The position numbers and the translations under genes were made by a program. The notes beneath the pieces were generated by a model. That model ran no database searches, had not been told where the DNA came from, and was given only the letters and a program-made list of their open reading frames with translations. A stretch of 63,999 bases of DNA, filler included, from an uncultured bacterium (lineage in GTDB: Bacteria > DAOPZR01): NCBI GenBank assembly GCA_964637655.1. It is 10 parts of 10 records of this genome, joined end to end, with 100 filler letters (N's around TTAATTAATTAA, not from the genome) between each part and the next. Parts side by side here need not be neighbours in the genome. Positions count along the whole stretch, not along the records: positions 13,149 to 19,593 come from CAZWUZ010000219.1; positions 19,694 to 26,134 come from CAZWUZ010000220.1; 8 more parts are not named here. One strand, given 5' to 3'. Below are positions 13,692-25,300 of this stretch, in pieces (within the stretch, counting starts at the first letter, position 1; each line of letters starts with the position of its first letter).

Positions 13692-14383
13692 CACCGGAAG
13701 CACTGCAGGTCACCGGAGAGTCGCTGTCCGCGGCGCAACTGCTCCGTGCCGCCGCGCGCTGCTTCGACCCGGCGCGCATGGTGTTTGCCTCGAGTTTGTC
13801 GGCGGAGGACCAGGTGCTGACGTGGCTGCTTGCGACCGAGGCGCCGGCCATCCGCATCTGCACCATCGATACGGGGCGGCTCCCGGAAGAGACGCAGGCG
13901 CTGCTGGCGGCCACCACGGCGCGGTTCGGCATGCGGTACGAGGTGCTCCGTCCCGACGCACAGGCGGTGGCGGCAATGGTGGCGGAACGCGGCGAGGACC
14001 TGTTCCGGCGCAGCGTGGCGGACCGGCGGCGCTGCTGCCGCGTGCGCAAGGTGGAACCGCTGCAGCGCCATCTCGCGGGTTGCGCGGCCTGGCTTACCGG
14101 TTGCCGGCGCGGACAGTCAGCCGCGCGCGCGGCGTTGTCGAAAATCGACCGCGATCCTGTCACCGGGCTGTACAAGTTGAACCCGCTGGCGGACTGGACG
14201 GAAGCAGCGGTATGGGAAACCATACGCCGCGAGCAGATCCCGTACAACGCTTTGCATGATTGCGGCTACCGGAGCATCGGCTGCGCGCCCTGCACGCGCG
14301 CGGTCGCGCCCGGCGAGGATGTGCGGGCGGGGCGCTGGTGGTGGGAAACGGAAGGGGAGAAGGAATGCGGCCTGCACCACTGA
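13688..14383 (+). CDS. cysH: Adenosine-5'-phosphosulfate reductase (Fe-S CysH type)
   Basis: DTGRL, CC-RKVEPL, SIGCAPCTR, GRWWWE, KECGLH. Confidence 0.92.
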   Translation: MTPEALQVTGESLSAAQLLRAAARCFDPARMVFASSLSAEDQVLTWLLATEAPAIRICTIDTGRLPEETQALLAATTARFGMRYEVLRPDAQAVAAMVAERGEDLFRRSVADRRRCCRVRKVEPLQRHLAGCAAWLTGCRRGQSAARAALSKIDRDPVTGLYKLNPLADWTEAAVWETIRREQIPYNALHDCGYRSIGCAPCTRAVAPGEDVRAGRWWWETEGEKECGLHH

Positions 14384-14385
14384 CC

Positions 14386-15486
14386 ATGCCCTCGGTTTCC
14401 CGGCTGACGGTCACGCCTGCCGGTTTCCGCCGTCTGCGCCGCCGCCTCTGCGCGGAGATCTACCGTGACGACCCCGCCTACCGCGACAATAACGCCGGAC
14501 TGCTTGATGTGGTGCTCAAGGCGCGCGGTGAATTTGCGCGCGGCGCCGCGGTGACACCCGTCACCGTGCTCGACGGCGGGCGTCCGCTGGCGTCGGCACT
14601 GCTGCTGTGCGCGGAGCGCCTGCCCGGCACGCTGCAGCTCGGGTTCTTCGAGGCGGTGGCCGGCCGGCCAGACGCGGTCGACCGACTGGTCAGCGAAGCG
14701 CGCCGCGTGGCCGCGGCAGCCGGCTGCACGACAATCGTTGCCGGGATGAACGGCCACGTCAACAACGGCCTGGGCATCCTCACCGGCCCGTTCGGCACCC
14801 GCGCGAGTTTCGGCGCGGCGTACAATCCGCCCCACTACGCCGACGAACTGGCGCGTCATGCCACCCGCAGCGAAGCGCTGCTCATCTACCGGCACGCGGT
14901 GAACGATTTCCTGCAGCATATCGGCGAGGAGCGTTGCCGCACGGCCGCGCGGCGCTTCCCTGTGCGCCACGGCAAGTTCCGCGACCTGCCGTGCGAGATG
15001 GCGGTGTACACCGACCTGAACAACCGCGCGTTCGCGCAGCATCCCTACTATTTTCCGCGCACCGCGGCAGAAGACCTGGAACTGTTCCGTGCCTTCGGTC
15101 CCCTGTTGCGCGAGGAGAATTTCCTCGTGGCGGAGCATCACGGCCGGCCGGTGGGCTTTCTGCTCTGGTACCCCGACTTCAACGAATGGGTGGCCCCGGG
15201 GAAAACCGTCGGCATTGGGGCAGCGCTCCGCTACTGCGTCCTGCGCCGTCGCCCCGCCTGTCTCAAACTGGCAGAGGTCGGGGTGTTGCCGCGCTACCAG
15301 GGGACGGGCGTCATCCTCGCCCTGCTGCACCACTGTTTCACCCTGGCGCGTGGCCGCTACCGCGAGGCGGAGACCGGGTGGATACACCAGGACAATGCGC
15401 TGTCGCAGGCGCTCAATACCCGCTGGGCGGGCACGCCGGCAAAGACCTGCCGCGTCTTCCACATCGACCCGGTGGTATCGGCGTGA
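14386..15486 (+). CDS. YghO/bacterial ceramide synthase-like tandem GNAT acyltransferase
   Basis: LGFFEA, YNPPHY, GFLLWYPDFN, GVLPRYQGTG, ETGWIHQDN motif order. Confidence 0.7.
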   Translation: MPSVSRLTVTPAGFRRLRRRLCAEIYRDDPAYRDNNAGLLDVVLKARGEFARGAAVTPVTVLDGGRPLASALLLCAERLPGTLQLGFFEAVAGRPDAVDRLVSEARRVAAAAGCTTIVAGMNGHVNNGLGILTGPFGTRASFGAAYNPPHYADELARHATRSEALLIYRHAVNDFLQHIGEERCRTAARRFPVRHGKFRDLPCEMAVYTDLNNRAFAQHPYYFPRTAAEDLELFRAFGPLLREENFLVAEHHGRPVGFLLWYPDFNEWVAPGKTVGIGAALRYCVLRRRPACLKLAEVGVLPRYQGTGVILALLHHCFTLARGRYREAETGWIHQDNALSQALNTRWAGTPAKTCRVFHIDPVVSA

Positions 15487-16481
15487 CAGAGGCAGCAATC
15501 AGCGACTGCGCTGACCGCCTGCCCGACGCGTGGGATGCGGCCGCCGGCGACAATCCCTTTCTCCGGCGAAACATCCTCGCCCTGCTGGAGCAGGTCAATC
15601 CCTGCGGCCAACGCTACCATCTGGCCATCGACAGCGCCGGCATTGCCTCGGTGGCGGTAACCTACCGGCAGCGACTGAACCTGCTCACCTTCAGCCGCGG
15701 TGCGCTGCGCTGGCCCGTGCATATTGCCGGCATCCCCTGCTCGGTAAGCGTGCCGGGCGTGGCGTTGCGCTCACCGGCCGGCGCCGCCGCGCTGCTCGCC
15801 TCCCTGCGGGCGACACGCGGCCTGACGCTGGTGCTGAACATGCCGGAAGCGCCAGCACGTGACGGCATGGTCTCCGGGCAGACCCTTCCCTGCTGCCGGC
15901 TGGAGGTGCGCTGGCCTGATGTTGCCGCGTACCGTGCGGCCATGCGCAGCCATTATCGCCATACGCTCGACCGCGTGCGGCAGCACAGCGCGGCGCTGAC
16001 GGCGGAACCGCTCGCCTCCCCGGCCGGCTTCACCGACGACATGCATGCGCTCTACCTGAACGTGTTCCGGCGCTCGGCCTATCCGCTCGAATGCCTCACG
16101 CCCGTATTCTTCCGTACCTTCCCGGCGGCGATTACCGTCTTCCGCGCAGAGGCGCGCTGTGCCGGTTTTGTCCAGACCCTGCGTCATGCCGATACCCTGT
16201 ACTTCATGTTCGGCGGCGTCGATGACACTCTGCTGGCGCGCCATGACACGTACCGTTGCATGCTGCTGCACATGATTCGCACCGGCATCGAGTCGGGGTG
16301 CCGCTGGATCGATCTCGGGCAGACCGCGGAGGCGATCAAACTGAAATTCGGCTGCACGCTCGAATCGCGCTGCATGCAGGCGACACACGCCGCCCCGGCG
16401 GCGCGCTGGTTGCTGCGTCACGCGGCGGGGCTGCTCAGCTACCGGCCGCCGGAGGAGAAGTACCGTGTCTTCCGCGACTGA
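15483..16481 (+). CDS. GNAT (FemAB/Acetyltransf_6-like) protein
   Basis: GTG overlapping the upstream stop; DNPFLRR, YRAAMRSHYR, FMFGG, DLGQTAEAIKLKFG. Confidence 0.75.
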   Translation: MTEAAISDCADRLPDAWDAAAGDNPFLRRNILALLEQVNPCGQRYHLAIDSAGIASVAVTYRQRLNLLTFSRGALRWPVHIAGIPCSVSVPGVALRSPAGAAALLASLRATRGLTLVLNMPEAPARDGMVSGQTLPCCRLEVRWPDVAAYRAAMRSHYRHTLDRVRQHSAALTAEPLASPAGFTDDMHALYLNVFRRSAYPLECLTPVFFRTFPAAITVFRAEARCAGFVQTLRHADTLYFMFGGVDDTLLARHDTYRCMLLHMIRTGIESGCRWIDLGQTAEAIKLKFGCTLESRCMQATHAAPAARWLLRHAAGLLSYRPPEEKYRVFRD

Positions 16482-17799
16482 ACTGCGGGTGCTGCTGGTG
16501 CGGCCTGCCTACCGCACCCGGCTGACGCAGGCGGTGCGGCTGGTCACCGAGCCGCTTGACCTCGAGTATCTTGCTGCCATCGTGACCGCGCGCGGCTGGC
16601 ACTGGCGCATCCATGACGGCATGGTTGACAGCGAACCGTTCAGCGCAGTGCTTGCCGGGTTTGCCCCGGACATCGTCGCCCTCACGGGGTACTATCCCGC
16701 GCTGGCGGAGATGCTGCACCTTGCGGCAGCGGTGAAGGCGTGGCGCGCGTCGACCCTGGTGGTGACGGGCGGCGTGCACGCGGAGCTCTGCCCGGCAGAT
16801 TTCGCGGTGGAGGCGGTTGACGTGGTCGTGCAGGCGGGCGGGGCGCATACCTTCGGGCGGCTGCTTGACGGGTTCCGGGCAGCACGTTCCGTCACGCCCG
16901 TGCCGGGCACCTGGCAGCGCGTCAGCGGCACCTGGCGCTACGAGCCGCTCGACCCGGCAGCGACACTGCCGCCGCTGCCGCACCCTGACCGCAGCCACCT
17001 CTACCGTCACCGCGCCGCGTTCACCTACCTGCACTGCGGGCCGGTGGCGCTGGTGCGCACGGCTGCCGGCTGCCCGCACGGCTGCAGTTTCTGCTGCTGC
17101 CGCCTGCTCAATGGGGGGCGCTACGCGCCGCGTGATCTTGCGGAGGTGGCGGACGAAATCGCCGCGCTCGATGCTCCCCTGATCTGGCTTATCGACGACA
17201 CGCTGCTTGCCGATCCCGGGCGCGCGGCGGCACTCGCGGATGCGCTGGCGCAGCGACAGGGACAGCGGCGATTCATCATCTACGCGCGCGCTGCGGATAT
17301 CGCCGGCAACCCCGGGGTGTGCGCCGACTTGCGGCGGCTCGGGGTGAGCGATGTGATTGTCGGCATGGAGGCGGTGGAACAGGCGCAACTGGACGGCTAT
17401 GCCAAGGGCTGCAGTGCGGATGACAACCGCCGTTGTGCGGAACTGCTTGCCGCAGCGGGGATCGCCTGCACGGGCCTGTTCATCGCCGACCCGTCATTCA
17501 GCCGCGCTGATTTTCGCCGGCTCGATGCTACAATCGCGTCGCTGCCGCTGGCCGCGGCGACGGTGTCGATCTACACCCCGTTTCCCGGTACGGCCGGGTG
17601 GGAGACGGCACAGGCACGGCTGACCACCCGCGATTGCCGGTACTGGGACCTCTGCCATCTGGTGCTCGACCCGCAGCGTATGTCGCGCAGCGAATTCTAC
17701 CTGCGTTTTGCCTGGTCGAATATCCGCCCGCTGCTGCACCGTCCGGCGCTGCGGCGTCATGTGCTCGGGCAACTGCGGCGCGGAGGATGGCGATTATGA
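16465..17799 (+). CDS. B12-binding radical SAM protein (HpnR-like)
   Basis: EPLDLEYLAA, GGVHA, GCPHGCSFC, IDDT, GME, TPFPGT, WDLCHLV. Confidence 0.88.
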   Translation: MSSATELRVLLVRPAYRTRLTQAVRLVTEPLDLEYLAAIVTARGWHWRIHDGMVDSEPFSAVLAGFAPDIVALTGYYPALAEMLHLAAAVKAWRASTLVVTGGVHAELCPADFAVEAVDVVVQAGGAHTFGRLLDGFRAARSVTPVPGTWQRVSGTWRYEPLDPAATLPPLPHPDRSHLYRHRAAFTYLHCGPVALVRTAAGCPHGCSFCCCRLLNGGRYAPRDLAEVADEIAALDAPLIWLIDDTLLADPGRAAALADALAQRQGQRRFIIYARAADIAGNPGVCADLRRLGVSDVIVGMEAVEQAQLDGYAKGCSADDNRRCAELLAAAGIACTGLFIADPSFSRADFRRLDATIASLPLAAATVSIYTPFPGTAGWETAQARLTTRDCRYWDLCHLVLDPQRMSRSEFYLRFAWSNIRPLLHRPALRRHVLGQLRRGGWRL

Positions 17800-18419
17800 A
17801 CCGCGCGCAGCTCTGGGATTTCTGGGCGGCGCATTACGACCGGCTGTGGGTGCAGCGTGTGTCGGTCGCTCCGACGCGACGCGCACTTATGGCGGAACTG
17901 GACGGGCTGGCGCCGGGGCGGCTGCTCGATGCGGGCTGCGGTACCGCGCAGCTGCTCGACGCACTGCAGTGTACCGGGACGCAGTGGGACTACACCGGGT
18001 TTGATGCGTCAGCGGCGATGCTGGCGCAGGCCGCGCGCAAGCATCCGGCAGCGAACCTCGTGCATGCAGGCATCATGGCGTACGCCGCGCCGGCACCGTT
18101 CGACGTGGTGATCTGTGCCCATGCCTTCCCGTATTTCACAGATCAACCGGCGGCGCTGGCGCGTCTCGCCGGATGGGTCAAACCCGGCGGGCACCTGCTG
18201 CTGGCGCAGGCCTGCACCGAGAATGCCTATGACCGGGTGGTGCTTGCCGGCGTCAAACTGACCACGTCGCCCGCGCGCTATCGCAGCGTGGCTGACCTGA
18301 GTGCGCTGGCCGCCCCGCTGCTGGGGCAGCCGCGCCGGGTCATTCGCCTCAACCGTCATCCCGGCGTCCCCTCGCTGCGCCTGCTGGTGTGGCGGAAGCA
18401 GGAGGGGAGCAGCACATGA
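17796..18419 (+). CDS. Class I SAM-dependent methyltransferase
   Basis: LLDAGCGT, FDVVIC, VKPGG; ATGA overlaps on both sides. Confidence 0.88.
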   Translation: MNRAQLWDFWAAHYDRLWVQRVSVAPTRRALMAELDGLAPGRLLDAGCGTAQLLDALQCTGTQWDYTGFDASAAMLAQAARKHPAANLVHAGIMAYAAPAPFDVVICAHAFPYFTDQPAALARLAGWVKPGGHLLLAQACTENAYDRVVLAGVKLTTSPARYRSVADLSALAAPLLGQPRRVIRLNRHPGVPSLRLLVWRKQEGSST

Positions 18420-19593
18420 AGATACTGTTGCTGCGTCCGCGCCCTGACGACGCAACCATCGGGCTGCAGCACCTGATGATCTGCGAGCCGCTCGAATTAG
18501 AGTACCTCGCTGCTGCCGTTGCTGACCTCGGGCATGACGTGGCCATCGTCGACATGATCCTCGAGCGGGAGCCGGTCGAGCACTTCCTTATGCTGCACCG
18601 TCCCGACCTGCTCGGAGTCACCGCGTATATCGCGCATGTAGCGGTCGTGCTTGCGTACTGCCGCGCGGCGAAGCGGCTGCTTCCCGGCTGCTGCACAGTG
18701 ATTGGCGGCGTGCATGCCGAGGTGGTGCCGGAAGATTTTCGCGATGATGCGGTGGACTGCATCGTGTACCGCAACCCGCTGACGACCTTCCGGGTACTGG
18801 TCAGCCGTCTCGCTGCCGTCGCACCGGTCGCGGACCTGCCCGGGCTGTGGCGTCCGGACGCTGTTCACGTCACCCGGGAAACGGTCTTTTCCCACCCGCA
18901 TCCCGCGCGCCATCTTGTCGCGCGCTACCGCGCCCGCGATTACTACCTCTTCCACAACCCGTGCGCCCGCATCAAGACCTCGTTCGGTTGTCCGTACACC
19001 TGCGCGTTCTGTTTCTGCCGGGAAATCACCGGCGGCACTTATTACGAGCGCGCCCTCGATGACGTTATCACCGAACTGGCCGCCATCCCCGAGCGCGAGA
19101 TCTACATCGTCGACGACAATTTCCTCGTGTCACGCGAACGCGTGCTGGCGTTCTGCGCGGCGGTGCGGGAGGCGGGCATCGACAAGCGCTACCTCATCTA
19201 CGGGCGCGCCGATTTCATCGCGGCCAACGAAGACGTGATCGCTGAGTTCCGGCGGGTCGGGCTGCGGGCGGTCATCGTCGGGCTCGAATCCTGCCGCCCG
19301 GAGGAACTGGCGCAGTTCAACAAGCGCAGCGATGTCGCGGCCAATGAGGCGGCGGTGCGCATTCTCGCGCTGCATGGGGTGGACTGCTATGCCACCCTCA
19401 TCCTCGGGCGGGACTGGGGGCGTGACGATTTTGCCCGGCTCGGTCGCTGGCTGCGCGGGCTCGGCCTCATCTATGTCAACCTGCAGCCCTTCACGCCGCT
19501 GCCGGGCACAGAACTGTTCGCGGCGCATCGCGAGCAACTCTGCGTTCCGCGCCGCGAGTTCGCCTGCTGGGATCTCGCACATTTGGTGGTCAC
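18416..19593 (+). CDS. B12-binding radical SAM protein (HpnR-like), 3' partial
   Basis: EPLELEYLAA, GGVHA, GCPYTCAFC, DDNF, GLES, TPLPGT, WDLAHLV. Confidence 0.9.
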
Positions 19594-19693
19594 NNNNNNN
19601 NNNNNNNNNNNNNNNNNNNNNNNNNNNNNNNNNNNNNTTAATTAATTAANNNNNNNNNNNNNNNNNNNNNNNNNNNNNNNNNNNNNNNNNNNN
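19594..19693. other. Artificial contig spacer
   Basis: N-run with linker. Confidence 0.98.
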
Positions 19694-20508
<815 letters not shown>

Positions 20509-22344
20509 TCAGCGGCGCAGGGTAAGGGCCAGGGTACGGTAGAAATCGCGCAGCGCGAACGGCTTGAACAGGTAGTTGTCGAACGACGAGAGGTTGAGTT
20601 TGTCGACCACCTCCGCCGTGGCAAACGCGGTCAGCGCCAGGCAGGGCACCGTGCTCCCCGCGGCGCGGATGTCGTCGAGGATGGCGAACCCGTCGCGATC
20701 GGGGAGGGCGATGTCGAGGATGACCAGGTCAGGCTGCAGCGCGCGGTACTTCGCCAGCGCCTCTCTGCCCGACGTACACCAGGCGCAGTCGCCATTCACC
20801 TCGGTGATGAGCATGGTCAGCATCTCGAGAGTGGCGCTGTCGTCCTCGACCAGCAGCACCTTCCGTCCCGCCAGGTCGAGCTCCTGCGGCAGCGGCAGGC
20901 CGCGCAGCGTCGGGCTGCCGCTCTTCTGCGCGCTCGTGCCGGCGCGGAACGTCACGGTGAAGGTGCTGCCGCAGCCGGGCCCGTCGCTCGCCGCGACGAT
21001 GTTGCCGCCCTGCAGTTCCATGAGCGTGCGCGCCAGGTCGAGCCCGAGCCCGACCCCGCCGAACTGCCGCGTGCGCGACCCGTCCACCTGCCGGAACCGC
21101 TCGAAGATGATCCCCAGGTGCTCCGCGGCGATGCCGATCCCCTCATCACGCACCGTCAGCAGCACGGTCGACGCGAGCGGTGCCAGCGACACGGTAATGG
21201 CCGTGTCGTCCGGGCTGAACTTGATGGCGTTGGTCAGCAGGTTCCACAGCACCTGGATGCTGCGATTGGCGTCCGCCTCGACCAGGCAGGGTTCCGCGCG
21301 CGGCGGCAGCACGAGGCGCAGGTTGCGCTGCCAGAGCAGCGGCTGCACCGTGTCGTGGCAGGCGGCGATGACGTCGTGCAGGTCGATGGTCTGGATGTGC
21401 ATGGCGATGCGCCCGGCGGAGAGTTGCGCCAGGTCCATCAGGTCCTCGATGAGGAAGACGAGCCGCGACGCCGCGCCGGTGATGCGCCGCACCGTCTCCT
21501 TGTGCTCCGGGGCGAGATCGCGCGCCCCGAGCAGCAGTTCGCCATAGCCGAGGATGGGGGCCAGCGGGGTGCGCATTTCATGCGACATGTTGTTGAGAAA
21601 ATCGACTTTGAGGCGGTTGCTCTTCTCGAGTTCCTGCGCATACTGCCGCAGGCAGGCCTGCGCCGCCTGCTGCTCGGCGCGATAGTGGAAGTTCTCGATG
21701 GCGAGCGTCGCCTGGTTGACGAAGAACCCGAGTATCTCGACCGTTTCCTGCGTGAGGAAATTCTTCTCCTGCTCGTCCGTGGCCACGGTCAGCGCGCCCC
21801 AGACGCGGTCGCGGCCGCAGAGCGGCAGCAGCAGGAACTGATGCGAGTACTCCTTATGCTGTCGCGCCGGGCCGTAGCGCTGGTTGTAGTCCGGGTCATC
21901 GGCGCGGTCGGCCACGAGGATGGGGCGCCGTTCCAGCACGCAGCGCGCGGCGCAGGCGCGCATGTACATCCCCTCGACCGGGACCAGCGGGATGCGCAGG
22001 GTATCGTAGTAGTGCTGCGGCAGTCCGAACCCGTAGGCATGCACGAGGGTATTGTCCTCCGGGTCGATGCGCAGCAAACCGATGCGCTGAAAGCCCCAGA
22101 TGTCGCGGATGGCGTGCACGATGGCGCGGTAGATGGCGTCGAGGTCGTCGCGCGTCAGCAGGTCACTGACCACCCGGGTGATGCTGCTGAACGCGTCCGG
22201 GTCGATGAGTACCGCCGCCCGCTCGATCCGGCCGAGGGCCTGCTGCTGCGCGCGGTAATGCGCCAGTTCCTTGTCGAGGTAGGAGATGCGGTCGCGCAGC
22301 TGCTGCTCGCGGTCGGGCGGCGCGCTCTCTCCCCTAGTGGCCAT
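20509..22344 (-). CDS. Cytoplasmic hybrid histidine kinase (GAF-HisKA-HATPase-REC)
   Basis: MSHEMRTPL, NLLTNAIKF, DEGIG, GGVGLGL, and a receiver domain (VEDD, LDIALP, KP). Confidence 0.92.
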   Translation of the reverse strand: MATRGESAPPDREQQLRDRISYLDKELAHYRAQQQALGRIERAAVLIDPDAFSSITRVVSDLLTRDDLDAIYRAIVHAIRDIWGFQRIGLLRIDPEDNTLVHAYGFGLPQHYYDTLRIPLVPVEGMYMRACAARCVLERRPILVADRADDPDYNQRYGPARQHKEYSHQFLLLPLCGRDRVWGALTVATDEQEKNFLTQETVEILGFFVNQATLAIENFHYRAEQQAAQACLRQYAQELEKSNRLKVDFLNNMSHEMRTPLAPILGYGELLLGARDLAPEHKETVRRITGAASRLVFLIEDLMDLAQLSAGRIAMHIQTIDLHDVIAACHDTVQPLLWQRNLRLVLPPRAEPCLVEADANRSIQVLWNLLTNAIKFSPDDTAITVSLAPLASTVLLTVRDEGIGIAAEHLGIIFERFRQVDGSRTRQFGGVGLGLDLARTLMELQGGNIVAASDGPGCGSTFTVTFRAGTSAQKSGSPTLRGLPLPQELDLAGRKVLLVEDDSATLEMLTMLITEVNGDCAWCTSGREALAKYRALQPDLVILDIALPDRDGFAILDDIRAAGSTVPCLALTAFATAEVVDKLNLSSFDNYLFKPFALRDFYRTLALTLRR

Positions 22345-25300
22345 GGTAGCCGTTCCAGCCGCGCGACAGCGCGTTGAGGTCGGCGCCGTCCACCACGCTG
22401 GCCGAGACGCCGTTCGGGTCGAGGTCGCAGTTCTCCGCCGTGCCGCCGTACGCGGCGCCCAGCGCGCCGACATCGTCGAGATCGATGCGCCCGTCGCCGG
22501 TGATGTCGTCGGTCAGCACGGTAAACGTGTCGCAGAGGGTGAAATGCCCGGCATCGTCAAAGGCATAGACCGCGTAGTAGTAGCGCGTGCCGTCGCTGGC
22601 GCCCGAGTCGGCGACCGCCGTGCAGGCGGCGTCGGTCACCCGTACCTCGGTCCACACTGCCGCCGCGTCGGTGCAGGTCGCAGGATGCGTGTCCGCGCGG
22701 CGCAGCAGGCGCAGGCCGAACCAGTCGCTGTCCGCCGGGCGCGCCCAGGTGAACCGCGCCCCGCTCCCCAGCGCCCGCACGCTGATGCCCGCCACCGCCG
22801 CCGGCGCTTCCGTATCAGCCACGACGAGATACGCCGTATCGCCCGTGGTTGCGTCGCTGTCACTGCCGTCCGCCAGCGCCTGCAGCGAGCGCGAATCGTA
22901 GCCGGCCACGTACGCGCTGATGACGATGGTCTCCGACCGCGTCCACTGCGGAATGCTGACGTAGTAGAGCAGCGTGTCGCTCCCCAGCGCCGGGATCAGC
23001 GTGGGGTTGCCGGCCGCCCGCAGCGCCGGGAAGCTGTCAGTGACGATGCTGCCGCTCTTGGTGAAGACCAGCGTGTCCGAGGTCAGCACCGCCGGACTGT
23101 CGCCGGCATTGCTCACGCAGACATAGACCGGGATGCTGTCCGCCTGCCCCTTCAGCACGATGCTGTCCGCTGCCGCGCGGGTGACGGCAACGATGTTGAG
23201 CGTGGTCGCCCGCGGGATGTACACGGTGAGTGTGTCGCTCAGCCACGAGACGTTGAAATACGACTGGCTGGTGGCATAATCATAATGGTAATCACGCGAG
23301 GAAAAGCGGTAGTAGTAGGTGGTGCCGGCAGTCACGCTGTTGTCCGTCCATGTCGTCGCCGAGCCGAGCCCCTGCCCCGTAGAACCGTACCAGTCATCGG
23401 GGTCGGGCGTCGTACTGCGATGGCGCGCATAGCGGAACACGCTCCCCTGCCGCGGACGCCCGTCCTCGTCGAGCGACGGGGCGCTCCAGGTAAAGGTGCA
23501 ACTGCTGCTGGTGGTGATGACCGTAAAACTGTCGGGCGCGGCCGGGGCGATGGTGTCCGCTCCTGCCGCCGTATCGATGCGCGTCTGCCGCCATGGCATC
23601 ACCAGCAGTGAATCGCCACCCAGACCGTGCGTAAAACTGTCGATTTGCGTCCGGCTGGTCGTGCTGACCGACGCGGACGTGTACCACTGGTTGCGCCGCA
23701 GGTCATGCGCGCTGTGCGTGTGATTGAGCACGCGCGAATCTGATGCCGTCGGGCGCGTGAAATGGCTGACGGTAATGGTATCCTCGCTGCTGCTGCCGGC
23801 AAAAACCACGTCGTACTGCATGGTCGAATCGAAGACGCACTGGTAGAGGATATTGCGTGACGCATCGGTGAATCCCGCTGCCGCCGCGCGATGATTGCCG
23901 AAATACGCGTTGCGCAGCAGGTTGCGTTCCGCCCCGCCGGTCAGCGCCAGCCCGGTATCACACTGCAGCAGCGTCAGGCCGGCATAACTGCCGCCGCTGC
24001 TCCCTGCCAGCCACAGGCCGATGCCGCTCCCGTCGCGGATATCGAGACCGCTCACCAGCGCGCTGTCACCATCGAGGCGCACCCCCGCCACGGCAAAATT
24101 GCGCACCTGCATGTCCGCCAGCTGCAGCCGCGCATGCGTCGCGTGCAGCGCGCAGCCGCCGCCGAGCGCGTCGATGATGGTCGTCAGTCCCGCCCCGCTC
24201 AGGGAGATGCCGTCCGTATCGATGCTCACCGTTTCACTGTACGTCCCCGCCGCAACATGCACCGTATCGCCGGCGCTGACCATGGCGTGGCCGGACGGGT
24301 TGGCGCTGCCGCGGAAAATAGTGCCGAGATAGCGCTTGGGGAGCGCCGCGGTCAGTCCGCTGTTGCCGGTGTCGCCCGTTGTCGCGATGTACCAGTGGTT
24401 AGGCCCGGCGGTATCGACGCTGACGCCCGACCCCAGCGGCATGCTGACATCGACCGTACAGCCATTGACCATGGCGATGGTGCCGGTATCGGTGGCATAA
24501 CAGATGGTGTCCGCCACCCCCTCCTTGTCGTAGACCGCGTAGCGTTCGAGTGCGACATTCCGCACGGACCCGACCCCCAGCGTCGCCACATCATGCACGC
24601 GCAGGCAGACCGTGTCGGTGCTGCTCAGCTGCGGCTGCAGTACCGTCGCGTCGAGCGCGAAAAAGGTGTCGGTCATCGCCACCGGGCCCGACCAGGCGAA
24701 CGTGGCACGGCCGTCCGCCAGCGGGGCAGTCGTATCGCCGCACATCACCGCGAGTTTCACCTGGTCGCGCGCGGTATGGGAAAGGTTGCCAGTGACCAGC
24801 AGGCGCGAGGCGTAGGCGAGGGAATCGGTGAAATAGTAAACCTCGTCGAAACAGCGTTTCATCGCCGCATACGAGATGAAGACAAACCCGTCATGCACGT
24901 GCTCCCAGTTCGACGAGGTGCCCCACTGGTTGGCGATTTTGAACGCCCCGTAGCGGGTGTCACCCTCCTCGCTGTAGGGCCCCCACGTATCGCTGTAGCC
25001 GACCACGGTATTGCCGTGGTTGGGCCCGGGACCGGTATCATAGTTGTCGAGCGTCCAGAAGTCATACTCAGTCATGGTGTCGTAATTGTCAGCATCCACC
25101 CGGATGACCGCGAGATTGCCTCCAGCCAGCAGCGTCTTGAGGTCGGTCAGCCCGGTATCCGTGTTGACCGGCAGGGTGATCATACTGCTGCTGCCGCGGT
25201 AGAGCGGCGCCTCGCGCCAGGCGCCCTGCCCCGGCCATGCATCGCTCGTGTTCACGTCGTAGGGCATCGTCTGCCACGTGGCGCAGCCGATATCGCGGAT

